From the NCBI RefSeq assembly GCF_009914755.1, contig NC_060925.1: a DNA stretch of 64,000 nt, one strand, 5' to 3'. Positions 15,501 through 28,399 of this stretch are shown one piece after another. A program made the translations under genes and the position numbers. The DNA comes from the human T2T-CHM13v2.0 reference genome, Homo sapiens. Within the stretch, counting starts at the first letter, position 1, and each line of letters starts with the position of its first letter. The notes beneath the pieces are model-generated. The model searched no databases. It saw only the letters and a program-made list of their open reading frames with translations, and was not told the DNA's origin.

Positions 15501-16781
15501 TGCAGCAGGTTGAATAGTGGCCCCCCCAAAAGACACATCCACTTTGAAACCTGTAATTATAATCTTATTTGGAAAAACTATCTTTGCAGATGTAATGAAG
15601 TTAAGAATTTCAAGATGAGAACATCCTGGATTTGGGTGGGTCCTAAATCCAATGGCAAGTCCTTAGAAGAGACAGGGCAAGAAACAGACACAGGGGAGAA
15701 AGCCATGCAAAGACCAAGGCAGGATTGAAGTGATGCTGCCACAGACTAAGGAACGCCTGGAGCCACCAGAAGCTGGGAGAGGCAAGGAAGGATTCTCCCC
15801 TCTACCCTCCAGAGGGAGTGTATCCCCACTGACACTTTGATGTGAGGCTTTTGGCCTCCAGAATTGGAAGAGAATAAATTTCTATTGTTTTAAGCCATCA
15901 AGTTTGTGATAAATTTTTTACAGCAGCCCTAGTGAAATGAGAAATTCCTTTGTCCCCCTCGCAGGGCGTGTGACAGGGGGAGTGGCTCACTTCCTTAGTA
16001 CCCCGCTGCTCAAACCTCTAGGGGAGCACACAGACGGGCAGGTCGTGGGGCTCCCACCCCATGGCAGTGTTGAGAGGTTGATGTTTACAGCTCCTGAAGC
16101 CCCAGTGGGCGTGTGTTACAGGGTGCTCTTTTAGTTTTGCTGTCTATAGGCGACTTGTGTTAACCAGTTCAATTAGACCCTCTACCCTGTTGCAAGGACA
16201 GAGGGCTTTCTGTATCCTGGGTTCTTGCCTTGGTGTACCAGAAGAATTGGATCACGCGTGGACTTGGAGAATGAGTGCAAGGTTTTATTGAGTGCAGATA
16301 GCTCTCAGCAGATGGGGAAGCCAAAAAGGGATGGAGTCAGGCTACTTAGCTGCCCGGGCTCTCCTCCAACTGTCCCAGCCAAACTCTGCCTTCTTCCAGT
16401 GCTGGTCAATGGCCTGCAGGCATGCCGGCATCTGTCATGCCCTCTTTTGCCAGCATACTTCCCTCGACGTCCTCTTGACATCGAGCCACTTGTGTCTTCC
16501 TCCACCGATCTGCTTCTCTCAACATCCAGCCATCTGTGTGTCTGCCTGCTAGGGTCTCAGGGTTTTTATAGACATAGGATGGGGGCGCGGCAGGCCAGGG
16601 TGGTCTTGGGAAATGCAACATTTGGGCAGGAAAAAAAAAATGCCTGTCCTCACTTAGGTCCGTGGGGGTGGAGCCATAGCCAGGGACCACGCCCTCCTCT
16701 ACCCAGCACTTCCCTTCCCGGCTTCCCTATCATTTAAAAGGACCATGCTCTTCCTTTCTGTATCACTAGGACACTAACACA
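15501..16781 (+). mobile_element. MLT1C-like MaLR solo LTR (15501-15932 plus 16766-16781), split by an ERV1 LTR
   Basis: ggttgaatagtggcccccc...gccaccagaagctgg...gaataaatttctattgttttaagcca...gcagccctag | gacactaacaca. Confidence 0.85.
15933..16765 (-). mobile_element. ERV1 solo LTR, LTR1/LTR27/LTR28/MER52 clan (LTR1B-like, 833 bp)
   Basis: TG...CA termini; 4-bp TSD CTAG (15929-15932 and 16766-16769); minus-strand TATAAA (~16564-16569) and AATAAA (~16284-16289). Confidence 0.85.
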
Positions 16782-16804
16782 TGGTATATCTGCTGTACAC
16801 TGTA

Positions 16805-17570
16805 TTTTCTAGGGTCAAATTCCCCAGGAAATACATTCTGAGGCAGAGATTTTCATGTAGGCAGTTTATTGGGGAATGCTCTCGAAAACCATACAGATGA
16901 TCTGGACTTATGGGGTTATGTCCCTATAAACCTACTGTGAGTTGAAACTATCTTAAGTTGAAAATGCACCTAACCTACTGAACATCATAGCTTAGCCTTG
17001 CCTCCCTTAACTGTGCTCAAAACACTCACGTTAGCCTAGAGTTGGGGAAAATCATCTAGTATAAAGCCTATTTTATAATAAAGTGTTGAGTATCTCATGT
17101 AGTTTATTAAATACTGTACTGAAAGTGAGAAACAGAAAAGTTGTATGGCTACTGGAATTACGGGTTCTACTGAATGTAGATAGTTTTTGCACTGTCAAGA
17201 AGTCTAAAAATTGTAAGTTGAACCATCATATGTTGGGGACCAACCAGATCTGACATGCTGTGAGAGGAGTAGCACTGGGCAGAGGGGAAGTTGAACTGCA
17301 GTGCAGTTGTCACAGAGGCCTTAACCCACCCCACCGGAAGCCCTGACGCTGGGATGGCTTCTCAGAGTTGTCTGAGATTGAGGCCAGGGAGCCAGGCCTT
17401 GATACCTCTGCATCAGCCAGTCATCAGGAGGGGTATACTGTGGGTGGGCAGCTCCCCTCAGAAGAAGGCAACGTCTGGGATGTCCTGGCTGTGAGCCCTC
17501 AGTGGGCACCACTCCAGCATCTGGGGAAATGAGAGCCTCTGTCCTGAGATGGAGAACTGGGGCCACATCA
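16805..17570 (-). mobile_element. LTR16A-like ERVL solo LTR interrupted by MER47A
   Basis: ttccccaggaaatacattctgaggcagagat...tttattgggga | tgggcagaggggaagttgaactgc...tcagagttgtc. Confidence 0.7.
16895..17252 (+). mobile_element. MER47A (TcMar-Tigger MITE)
   Basis: cagatg...cctaacctactgaacatcatagcttagcc...tattttataataaagtgttga...gtaagttgaaccatc...tctg. Confidence 0.88.
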
Positions 17571-17944
17571 GCTTGCACTAAAATAACCTTCCAGTCATTT
17601 CTACGCTTCTCTCTAGTACACATTTTCAGTTTTAGCACTTAATTTCTGAAACACTTGAATCTTATGCATGTTTATATATAAATTTAGCAGAATATTAAAG
17701 CATAAATCTATTATCAAACACTAGTGCATTTTATGTCTTAAATTGTATAGAACAGGCTTATTTTAAGAAAGTAGAACTATTCCATATGACTAAATTATCA
17801 TGTGATTTTTTTCCCAGGAAGCAGTTTTCTTTCCATATAAGCATCTCTCAGTTCCTCCAGATGTCCCTCTTGACACTAGTTTGTTTTTAACACATATTAT
17901 TCTCGCCTGGTGAGCTTTTCTCCTTGGAAGCCCTCCCTGTCCCT

Positions 17945-18248
17945 CCCCCGCCAACACCTGGCTCACTCCTGCCCATCCTTCACGTCCACAGAGAGGCCTT
18001 CACTGACTCCCCTTACCCGAGCTCTCTGACAGTACCTGGAACTTTCCATCTTATTGCTCATCACGCTTGTAATTGCTGCTTCAAAACTGGGCTGACAGTG
18101 GGTGTGCAGAGATATCTGGTTAACTGCATGGCATTCCAGCCCGCCACACCTGGGACCTAGATTGAGTCTTATTTGCCACTCCACACCTTCAGCACCCAGC
18201 AGAGTGCTGTACATTTGTGGTCCCTTGCTAAACATTTTTGAATGACTC
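17945..18248 (+). mobile_element. L2 fragment
   Basis: cacctggctcactcct...agaggccttcactgac...cagcacccagcagagtgct...aaacatttttgaatga. Confidence 0.65.
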
Positions 18249-18479
18249 TGTGATTTTACACAGTGGTTACATGTTTATACACATACGTCCTGTACTCTGC
18301 ATATCCAAATCGCTTTCCCTCATACCAAGGAACTGAAAACCCCCAGGGTATGGCCCTGTTAGATGCTCTACTTGAGGTCTGTGGCACCAACCTGGCAAAA
18401 TCCACACATCCAGCACCACTGACCTTTTAGTAAGTGCTGGAGGGAATGTCTGAGTTACTTAAAAAACATGTCTGGGATC

Positions 18480-19158
18480 TCCCCTACAGAAGATTCCAAG
18501 TAATATGTGTCGGTACTCCCTCATCCGGAAGGTGGAGCTTACCTCCTTCCCCCACCTCCCTTGAGTGTGGCTTGCTTCAGAGAGTACAGAATGGAAAGTG
18601 GGGAAAGAACTTGGCAGTAGAGAACCCTGGCAAACACTCCTCAGCTAGGTGATCCAGGTGAATGGACATCAGGAATAAGTCATGTGGGCAGCATGTGCCC
18701 TTGGTACATTGTGATGAGAAAGGTACTGCACCTCTGTGGTCTTCCTCCCCAGAATTCATAACCTTAGTCTAGCCATGGGAGAAGCAGCAGACAAATGAAA
18801 ACCAAGGGACAATCTACAAAACACCTGACCAGTAAGTACTCTTCAGAACTGCCAGTGTCATCAGAACAAGGAAAGTCAGAAACAGTCAGAAACAGGCCAG
18901 AGGAGGCCAAGGACGACTCTGTGCAGTGTGGTATCCTGGATGGGATTCTGGAACAGTAAAGGACATGGGGAGAAAACTAGTGAAATCCAAATAAAGGGTG
19001 GACTTTACTTACTAGTATAATGTACCAGTATTGGTTTCTTAATTGTGACAAATATTCCATGGGAATATAACAGGTTAACAACAGGGAAACTGAGTGAGGA
19101 TTCTATGGGAATTTCCTGTACTATCTTTGCAACTTTTCTGTTTATCTAAAGCTAGTTT
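18480..19158 (+). mobile_element. L1M 3' UTR (L1MD/L1MC-type)
   Basis: cacctctgtggtcttcctcccc...gtggtatcctggatgggattctggaacag...tgtactatctttgcaacttttctg. Confidence 0.8.
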
Positions 19159-19377
19159 GTTTTTTCTTTTTTTCCAATCTAGGAGAGGCACAACAACGAT
19201 TCTATGCCAGGGGAAAGCCGCTGGGCCTGCTCCGCCCTCCAATTAACCCATTTTATCTGAGAGGCTGGAAAGGAAGAAGGTACAAGGCCAGGGGCTCAGC
19301 TATGAAAACATGTTCTGAATGGGATAAAAACAGCAGTGGGAAGCCTCTGTCTTATATAAATAAATAGTACATGTTAA

Positions 19378-19415
19378 AGTAAAATAAAATAAAATAAAAT
19401 AAAATAAAATAAAAT
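19378..19415 (+). repeat. (TAAAA)n microsatellite
   Basis: About 7 perfect TAAAA units. Confidence 0.95.
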
Positions 19416-19907
19416 ATTTCAAGTGCCACCTGAATCCAAGCAATTTTCTCTCCCTTTGGCACAGTGCATGGCTGAGAGATTACAAAATGAGATTCAAAAT
19501 CTCCCAAACAGTCCTTTTCAGGCATAGTGCCCCAAGTGCCTGGGGAGTAGGGAGTGGGAATATTATCCTCCCAGATTTCAAGGGGCCTTCCCCTCACCTG
19601 CCCCCACTGCCTCTGGGCAAAGAGAAGGAAGGTAGCAAGGGCTCTGATCCTGGAGATGGTAGAAGCAGAGGCCCCGTGGGTGAGGCTCAGAGGTGGGCCT
19701 GGCAGGCAAAGCTGGGAAACAAGACCAAAAACAGCAAACCGCGTGGACAGCTGACTGTCCATGTCTGCACATCCAGGAGAGACTCTACTCTCCAGGGAAA
19801 GTGAGAAAGAAAAAGAGAGAGAATTGGCATATTTAGGGAATAGAAAGAGGTTCACAGAACGGGTGGCTTCACAGTGTGGAGCCAAAATTAGCAGGGCTAG
19901 TGTTTAG

Positions 19908-20378
<471 letters not shown>

Positions 20379-21377
20379 GGAAGATCTGATTTGAAAGGAC
20401 TGAGAAAAACGACTTCAGCAGTTGCCTTGAGGCCCCCTAGGGGAGATCCCACCGTCCTTCAGCCTTGATGCCTTCTCCAAAACCCCAAACTGCAGAAAAC
20501 AGCCTCAGGAAAGTAAAGAGATCTCCCCTCCTCTCAACCTGCCTGACTTCTCAGGGCAGCAATTTCAGAAACCTTTGATACAGACTGAGAACTGCACAAT
20601 GGTGCCCCTTCCTCCTACACCTGCAGCAATGATCATTTCTAGACAAAGACCAGCTAAACACAAACAATAACTACAGAAGGAGAAGCATTTGCACTGCATT
20701 CAAACTATTAATGGAGTTAATATCTGAGTCCCCCAGCAAAGAAAGCAACACGAAATACAAAACTGAGACCAATGCAGCATTTTACCAGGTCTTCTACCAG
20801 AGCAGAATTTGGGACTATGGATCCTTGCTAGACTCTGGGTCTCGGCTGCTTTCTTTTTTTAAAAAAAAGTCCCTGAGGAATAAGTGCACTGAAAACTCCA
20901 AATATTCTAGCCCCTCCCCACCAGCAGCTGAAGATTTGTCTCCTACTCAGGCCCGCCTGAGGACAAGTTCCCTGGAAGTACAGACACACCAAACCAGAAG
21001 AGTCACAGGAAAGATAAAGATGCCCCGGCTTACTTAGTATTTTGGATTTTTTTGTATGTCCCCCCACCCCCCGACCCACCTTACAAGACAGTGGGCAGGA
21101 CAGTGGAGGGGGATTAAGGACAAAATGCCCAGGAACAGGAAGCCGGTGTTCAGGAGGAGGGTTGCGCTGGGGGTAAAGGAGAGTTTAGAGGGGACACACA
21201 GGGCTCTAGCGGGATATCCCCCAGGACTTGATTGGGGCAGCTGCCTCCCAGTGGGGTGGTGAGGAGTGACAAAGCCTGCCTTCCTTGGAAGGAACTTTGC
21301 GTACCCCAGACAAAAGGCACAGTGTAAACACAGGTCAGTACCCTTTTCTCTACCCAGAGACTTCAGCACAGCTGGAT

Positions 21378-21490
21378 GATGTGTGTGTGAGAGTGTGTGC
21401 ACACGCATGCACCTGTATGGGCACTCTTAGAACATATGTGTGCACACATGTGTATGCACGTGGGTTGTGTTTGTGTGTGTGTGCATGCGT
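21378..21490. repeat. Degenerate (TG)/(CA) purine-pyrimidine alternating tract
   Basis: gtgtgtgtga...gcacacgcatgcac...tgtgtgcacacatgtgtatgcacgtg...gtgtgtgtgtgcatgcg. Confidence 0.8.
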
Positions 21491-22569
21491 CTACCCTTCT
21501 CCAGATCCTCTCATTTTCTCAGAGCCCTTGGCCTGTTGGGGACTAGTATAAAGGTTATTCAAACATTCTTTTTTCTTTTAAGCATTAGGCCAGATAGGCA
21601 TAGTAGACAAGTTAATTTGAAAAGCAGAATCTAAAACCAAAATCCAATCTCTGAGGGGTAGAAACCAGTGACTTTTCTCCTAAATATCTGGCCTTATTGG
21701 ATTTCTATAGGGAGAACTGGGTTTTCTTTGGAGGAGAAAGTTCCAGGCTGCTGAGCAAATGTAGGCTGGCTGTCTCTCTCAGCTGGCAGACAGGATGAAG
21801 ACAAATAATAATACACATTCGTAATTACATGGTCTCTTCAGATGGAGTTCCAGGTGTCTTATGTGCCTCATCTAATCTATATTCACAACATTTGTGAAGT
21901 ATGCAAGAGTACTGACATGAAGTTTCAAGGCGCACATTTGTGTTTGGTTCATAATCATGTCAACTAGAAGTGACTGCATTATCTTTCAGTGCAGTGTTCC
22001 TCAAACTGGAGTGCATGGATATATTTTCAGGATGCATTGGATTCCCTAGTTTAGGAAACATTGCTCTATGACTTCAGCATTCTGGTAGGATCTGTCACAT
22101 GGTGTGGTTGAACCTGAGGCCTGAGCTGGAAGGAAATGGTGGGACTGCAATAGGGTGGGTGGCTGGCTCCTGCAGTCACTGAGGCCAAAGGAGGGAGACA
22201 CACAAGAGTGTGCTCTGACCTGGGCTGACGTCTGAGGAGGTCAGATGGGGTGGGAGGGGGTGTGGTGTTCCAGGGCAGTGGCGGTACCTGGGAACAGGTG
22301 GCAGCAGCAGTACAGCTTTGCATGGGCCACCCAGGGCAAACCATCTAGTGCAGAGGCTGTTACTTCCAGGCGGGGAGGGCCCCAGCAACGTCGGCAAAGC
22401 TATCTGTAGTTCCAGCACTCAAGGCAAATCAGGAAGCCAAGGCAGGGATTCAGAGATGTTACTGGGCCAATCAGAAGGGGCTTCAGAATAGCGGGCACAC
22501 AGAGGATGCCCATTCCTGGCATCTGACACCATGTTAAGGCAGCACGGGGCTTTCTGTGCGAAACGCTTT

Positions 22570-22862
22570 CCTGTGGCTGACTCCTACTCACCCTTCAGTT
22601 ATCATACTAAATGTTAGTTCCTCTGAGTGGTCCTCCCTCACTCCCAGACTAGGTTAACCTCTCTACCAGACACCCATGATAATCTGCACATCCCTTTGCA
22701 TTCCTTCTTCTATTGGTGGTTAGCTTCTTGGAGTTTGTTTAACTGCTCTGTAAGCTCCTTGAGGCAGGGATGGTGCCTATCTTGCTCACTGTGGTGTTCC
22801 CCATCACTAGCAGAGTTCTAGACACATAACAGGGCTCAGTAGATATTTGTTGATGCAATGCA
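22570..22862 (+). mobile_element. L2 3' end
   Basis: ctgactcctactcacccttcag...tgtaagctccttgaggcaggga...ggctcagtagatatttgttga. Confidence 0.75.
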
Positions 22863-23902
22863 AACAATGTGAGTTTTAGGCCCTTTGGGTTTGGTGGATC
22901 CGGGCCTCTGGTGCCCCCTCTGGCCTGGTCAGAATTGGCTTGGACCTCAGTGTCAAAAGCTGAGCAGCAATCATCTACACAAATGCTCTTTCACATGTGG
23001 AACCACATTCCAAAAGCCTGGATTGTGGGATGATTTTCCATGTGATTCTCTGGATCTGACTGTCCAGATAAGGACCCTCCTCTCCCACTCCTCACATGGA
23101 CTCCACTCAAAGCCGTGAGCTCTGTCATGGCAGACAACATGGGATCATTTTGAGAACTTCCCAAACATCAGGCACTTTTGCTTTCGGAGACCACATCCCA
23201 TATTAAAAAATTATTAAAATGTGCTCCACATGAAATAGAACATATATAACCACATCAGAGTTGAGCTCAGATGCAGCTGGCTAGTTGGAATCATTTTATA
23301 TTTTGTAGACATTTAATTCAATTTATCAATTTTGATTCTGGAGTTTCCTTTCCTTATTTTGAAAAATACATATAGTTTTTCAAGTCTCAAAAATCTTTAC
23401 AGGCCCATGAAAAGCTCATTTATCCATTTATTGCATAAAGTGGTCTTGAGATAATATTCTCAGAGAGAAAAGATGATATTTTGGACCAAGGCAGCTCGCT
23501 TCCATGGCCTGCGCCAGTAAATAAGCTTCTAGCTTCCACTGGTAGGAGCCAAACTTCCTTAGGAGTTTGAAGCACAGCATTTGGTGGCCTTCCTATGGAT
23601 TCTGCAGGCAGAGCAGAGAAAGAACATTCCTGCCACCAGAATTGAGGGTTGTATCTATGAGTGGGTGGTAAGCCCTAGTTCCTAAATAAGGTATTTGGAA
23701 TGCAAAACAATCCAGCCAGACTAGTCACTGCACACTGACCACAGTGTGAAACTTGGAGCATCTGGGAGAGAGAAAACAGACAGCGTGGTAGGAAGAAAGA
23801 GGAGCTAGTATAATTATTGAATTAAATTAAGAAAAGAATCATGCAATTCCATTTTAAAACAATAAATTGAACATTCAATTGTATGAAGAGATGTGATAAG
23901 AA

Positions 23903-24209
<307 letters not shown>

Positions 24210-24614
24210 AATAAGCAGTTTAATTATAAAATATGCCAGACACTCTACTAAGCCCTACAGAATGGTAGGTGCCCTCAAACTGTTCATGTATGTAGACAGA
24301 AATATGTGTGATTCCTTTGCATAATATGGTAATGGAACAAAGAATACCAGCAATAATTATGGGGGAATGGACAAGAAGACAGTAACTAATATGGCACTAA
24401 GGGGGTCCAGGAAGATTTTACAGAGATGATGGCCTCGTCACTGGATTTTGAAGGATAAAAGAAACTATTCCAAGTGATAAAAGGAGGGAAAAAATTCCCA
24501 GGAAAAGTAGGCAAAATGAGCAAAGCTATGAAAATAAAAAATCATCATGGTTAACTTTCGTTGAGTGCTTTCTGTGTGCTGGGTTTTGTTAGGCTTTTGC
24601 ATTTTATGCTATAG

Positions 24615-24790
24615 ACCTTTCTGAAAGCATGGTCTACGGTCCATCTGCATCAGAATCATCTTACGCATGTTGAAATGCAGATTCCAGCTTCTCCTGTTGG
24701 ATCAGAAGCTCTGGGATGGGGCTCTCTAACCTGAGTTTTAAGAAGCTCTCCAGGTGATCCTTTTGCACACTCAAGTTTGAGAACCACTGC
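24615..24790. mobile_element. MER5A/B (hAT-Charlie)
   Basis: tgcatcagaatca...aaatgcagattcc...ccaggtgatcc...gcacactcaagtttgagaaccactg. Confidence 0.85.
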
Positions 24791-24951
24791 TAGAAGCCAT
24801 TTAGATATGTGACCATTTTTAAGTTGTGGAGTGCTGTGGTCAGATTTGCTTTTCAGAAAGCAAATTTTTGAGCAATGTATGAATTGGAGAGGGGAAAGCC
24901 TCAAAGCAGAACAGTGGTGATGGTGAAAGTCTGGAGTAGAGAGATAGCAGT

Positions 24952-25413
24952 TGTACTGGGTTGAATGGTGTCCCCCAAGAATTCCTGTTCACCCAGAACC
25001 TCAGAATGTGATCCTATTTGGAAATAGGGTCTTTTGCAGGTGTAATTAGTTACGATGAGGACATAGTGGATTCGGGAGGGCCCTAAATCTAGTAATTGAT
25101 GCCTATATAAGAAAGAGGAGAGAGAGATGTACCTAAGCACAGAGAGACACACAGGGAAGAAGCCATGTGACAACAGAGGCAGAGCCTGGAGTGATGCAGC
25201 TACAAGCCAAGGAATGTCGGGGATGTTGGCAATCACCGGAAGCAAGGAGACAGGCACAGGATGGTTCTCCCCTTGGAGTCTCCAGAAGGAACCGACCCTG
25301 CTGACATCTTGATTCTGGACTTTTGGCCTCCTGAACTGTAAGAATAAATTCATGTTGTTTTAAGCCACCCAGTCTGTGGTCATTTGTTACAGCAACCCTA
25401 GGAAGCCAATACA
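24952..25413 (+). mobile_element. MLT1C-like MaLR solo LTR, full length
   Basis: TG...CA termini, gggttgaatggtgtccccc...aataaa...aagccacccagtctgtgg...ggaagccaataca; inserted into an antisense L2. Confidence 0.9.
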
Positions 25414-25564
25414 GTGGTATCAAGAGGCATTTCAGTGGCAAAATCATAAGGACATAGGGATCAGATTGGAGAAAGAGTGAGGTATGAACAATTAATTATT
25501 CAAAAGTTTCTGTTTGGGTGGTCAATGATGAAACTGTGCAACAATAAAGCATGGGCTTGGGGTA

Positions 25565-25856
25565 ATTTTTTTCAAGATGGGCTCTTGCTCTGTCACCCAG
25601 GCTAGAGTGCAGTGATGTGATCATAGCTCACTGTAACCTTGAAATCCTGGGCTCAGGTGATCCTTCCATCTCAACCTCACAAGTAGCTAGGATAAGCAAG
25701 CACAACCATGCCAGCCTTATTTTTTTATTTTTATTTTTTAAAGACGGGGTCTTGCTTTGCTGCCTTGGCTGATCTTGAACTCCTGGCTTGAAACGATCCT
25801 CCTGCCTTGGCCTCTCAAAGTGCTGGGGTTACAAGCATGAGCCACTGCACCCAGCT
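25565..25856 (-). mobile_element. AluJ
   Basis: Diverged dimeric Alu; flanking TGGGCTTGG repeat. Confidence 0.9.
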
Positions 25857-25857
25857 C

Positions 25858-26005
25858 CTGGGCTTGGATTTAGAAGATCAGAGTTTAATTCAAGCTTTGA
25901 AATCTACCAATAGTAAGGTGGTGGAACCTTAGTTTTTTCATCTTCAAAGTAGGGACAATATTACTCACCTCATAGTATTGTTATGAGGATTCAATGACAT
26001 ATCAT
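25858..26005 (+). mobile_element. MIR fragment
   Basis: ccttagttttttcatct...ctcacctcatagtattgttatgaggattcaatga. Confidence 0.7.
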
Positions 26006-26510
26006 CAAGAAATGTGGACATTCCTGACACTCAATACTTTCATGCTCATTTCCAAAAAGGGAAATTTAAAATGAAATGAAATTGAGGAGAATAACTTGTC
26101 TAATAGGCATTCCCAAGCCACAGTTACCACCTCAATGCACTCTGAGCCTACCCTGCAGGCCGGTGATGGAGCTAAGCTTGTGCTCCGCCCTCCCCCGCCA
26201 TGGGTCTCAGTGCCAAGGATGAGCTGCACTGGGAAGGAATGCACAGAGGTCCCGGCAGAGCTGACCGCAGGTCGGAGATGAGTCTCCGCCTGGCACTGGC
26301 ATCTTCCATGGTGGTTAACAGCTTGTCTGTGAAGTCCCCATCAGAGGGCTGGGCAGGGCAGGGCAAGGCAGATCAGCAGCTAAGTCCAAGGAAGCCTGGT
26401 GGGAGATGCTGGTGGGGAGAGCACTGGTCGGGGAGCAGTTACAGTCATTAAGAAGCCAGTCCTGAGTCAGCCAAGACAGGGTGGGGCGGGGGGTGCCAGG
26501 GTTAGGACTG

Positions 26511-26586
26511 GGGGTGCCAGATAAAATACAGTCTATCCAGTTAAATTTGAACTTTGTATTTATTATTAGTTGAATCTGGCAACTTT
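26511..26586. mobile_element. MER53-like hAT MITE, internally deleted
   Basis: tgccagataaaatacag...ccagttaaatttgaa | tgtattt...aatctggcaac: both ends present, centre absent. Confidence 0.7.
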
Positions 26587-27277
26587 AGTTAGGACCCTTC
26601 AGGTGAACAAAGGATAACGTGAGAGCCAGGGCCAGAGAATAGGAGCCGTGGGAAGAGCAGAGGGGCAAAGCCTTGGCCTCTGTCCTCTGAGGATATGTTT
26701 TCCTGACCCCACCCAAGCAACTGGTGGAAAGGCACCTGGCACTGCCTCTAATCTCCTGGAATTCCCACCTTGACTTGCTGGACAATACTGAACGTTTTTC
26801 GTCCTCTGTGCTGTAGGTGTTAATCTCCCAGGTTCTGCTCCCTGGGTTTCAAGCGGTACAACTGGGAAATAAACTTCCTTTCCCCAGGGAAATTGTCCTC
26901 TCTGGGTGGCATGGTTACATGACAGCTGCCGCAACCTTAGATGACCCCTACTCCAGTTAAGACGAGACATTTCAGAGCCACAGAGGAGCCTGTGAGATGG
27001 GAAATGCAGTGCTACTCAAGGATGGGTGAAAATTAGGGTTAAGTAGTGATTAGAATCAGTTAAGTGTTAATAGAAGGGGTGCCTAGATGTTCATATCTCC
27101 CAAATTTAAGGACCTCTATATTTAAAAAAGAACTAGTAATGACTGATTAAAATCTTTATGTTTTAATCTTTTAATACAGTATTAAAATATTCTAAAATAA
27201 AAAATGACCAAAAATGTATAGTGTCATCTTTGACCCAGTTAACCTTGCCTATAGAAATGTAGCCTCTTAGAACGCAT

Positions 27278-27418
27278 GCAGGGCCCTGAGCTGGAAGGAT
27301 CCCACAGCTGGTTTAATGCTCTGCGATTGTCATCTTGCAATTCTTAATAACTTTAGAATGAGGCCCTCCCTACATGTTCATTGTGCACTGAGCCCTACCA
27401 ATTACGTACTCAGCCCTG
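27278..27418 (+). mobile_element. MER91A (hAT-Tip100)
   Basis: ggtttaatgctctgc...tcttgcaattcttaataa...tgcactgagccc. Confidence 0.75.
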
Positions 27419-27475
27419 CCCTAAGGGGATGGAATATGCCTAAAAAATGAGTACAGTACATGGAAGAAAAGAGCT

Positions 27476-27878
<403 letters not shown>

Positions 27879-28399
27879 TCAACTCCGGCAGGTATCTTGT
27901 CACCCAGGAAGCTGCTCATGGTGACACCAAATGCCGACAACAATGGCTAGGTGTGTGTGGCATCCAGGCCTAGGAAACTCAGCATGTCCACAGAGATGTT
28001 CTTTCCCACAGACACAGGCGTTAACAGCACAAAGTCAAAGGGGCATGCTGTGGAGGGAGAGGCTTCCAGCCTCAGCCACAAGCTGGGCCATCCACTTTTA
28101 ACTGCACAGAGAGCAGCCTCTAGATCCTCAGACAGAATCTCCCTGCAACCCCAGTCCCATCAGTCTGTCAGGGTCTGTCCTCACCCAAAGACAGACTTGC
28201 TCAGTGGGCCCTGGGTGGGCCTGAACTTCCAGCAAGATGCAGGGAGACCACTAACAGGAATGGGTCCTTGAGCTTGTTGTCCACTCTGCTCACTCAACAT
28301 TCTTTCCTTCTTTTGTCTTCTGCTTAGTCCTCCCCTCACCCCACATGCTGGCCCCTGCTCCTTCCCGCCCCCAAAACCCTGATGCATCTAGATTCCCAC

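Noticed and set aside
16225-16737. 170-aa ORF
   Set aside because: Lies wholly within an ERV1 solo LTR; not gag/pol/env-like.
26172-26366. CpG-containing minus-strand ORF (MEDASARRRLISDLRS...)
   Set aside because: Short, with no recognised homologue and no convincing flanking splice sites.
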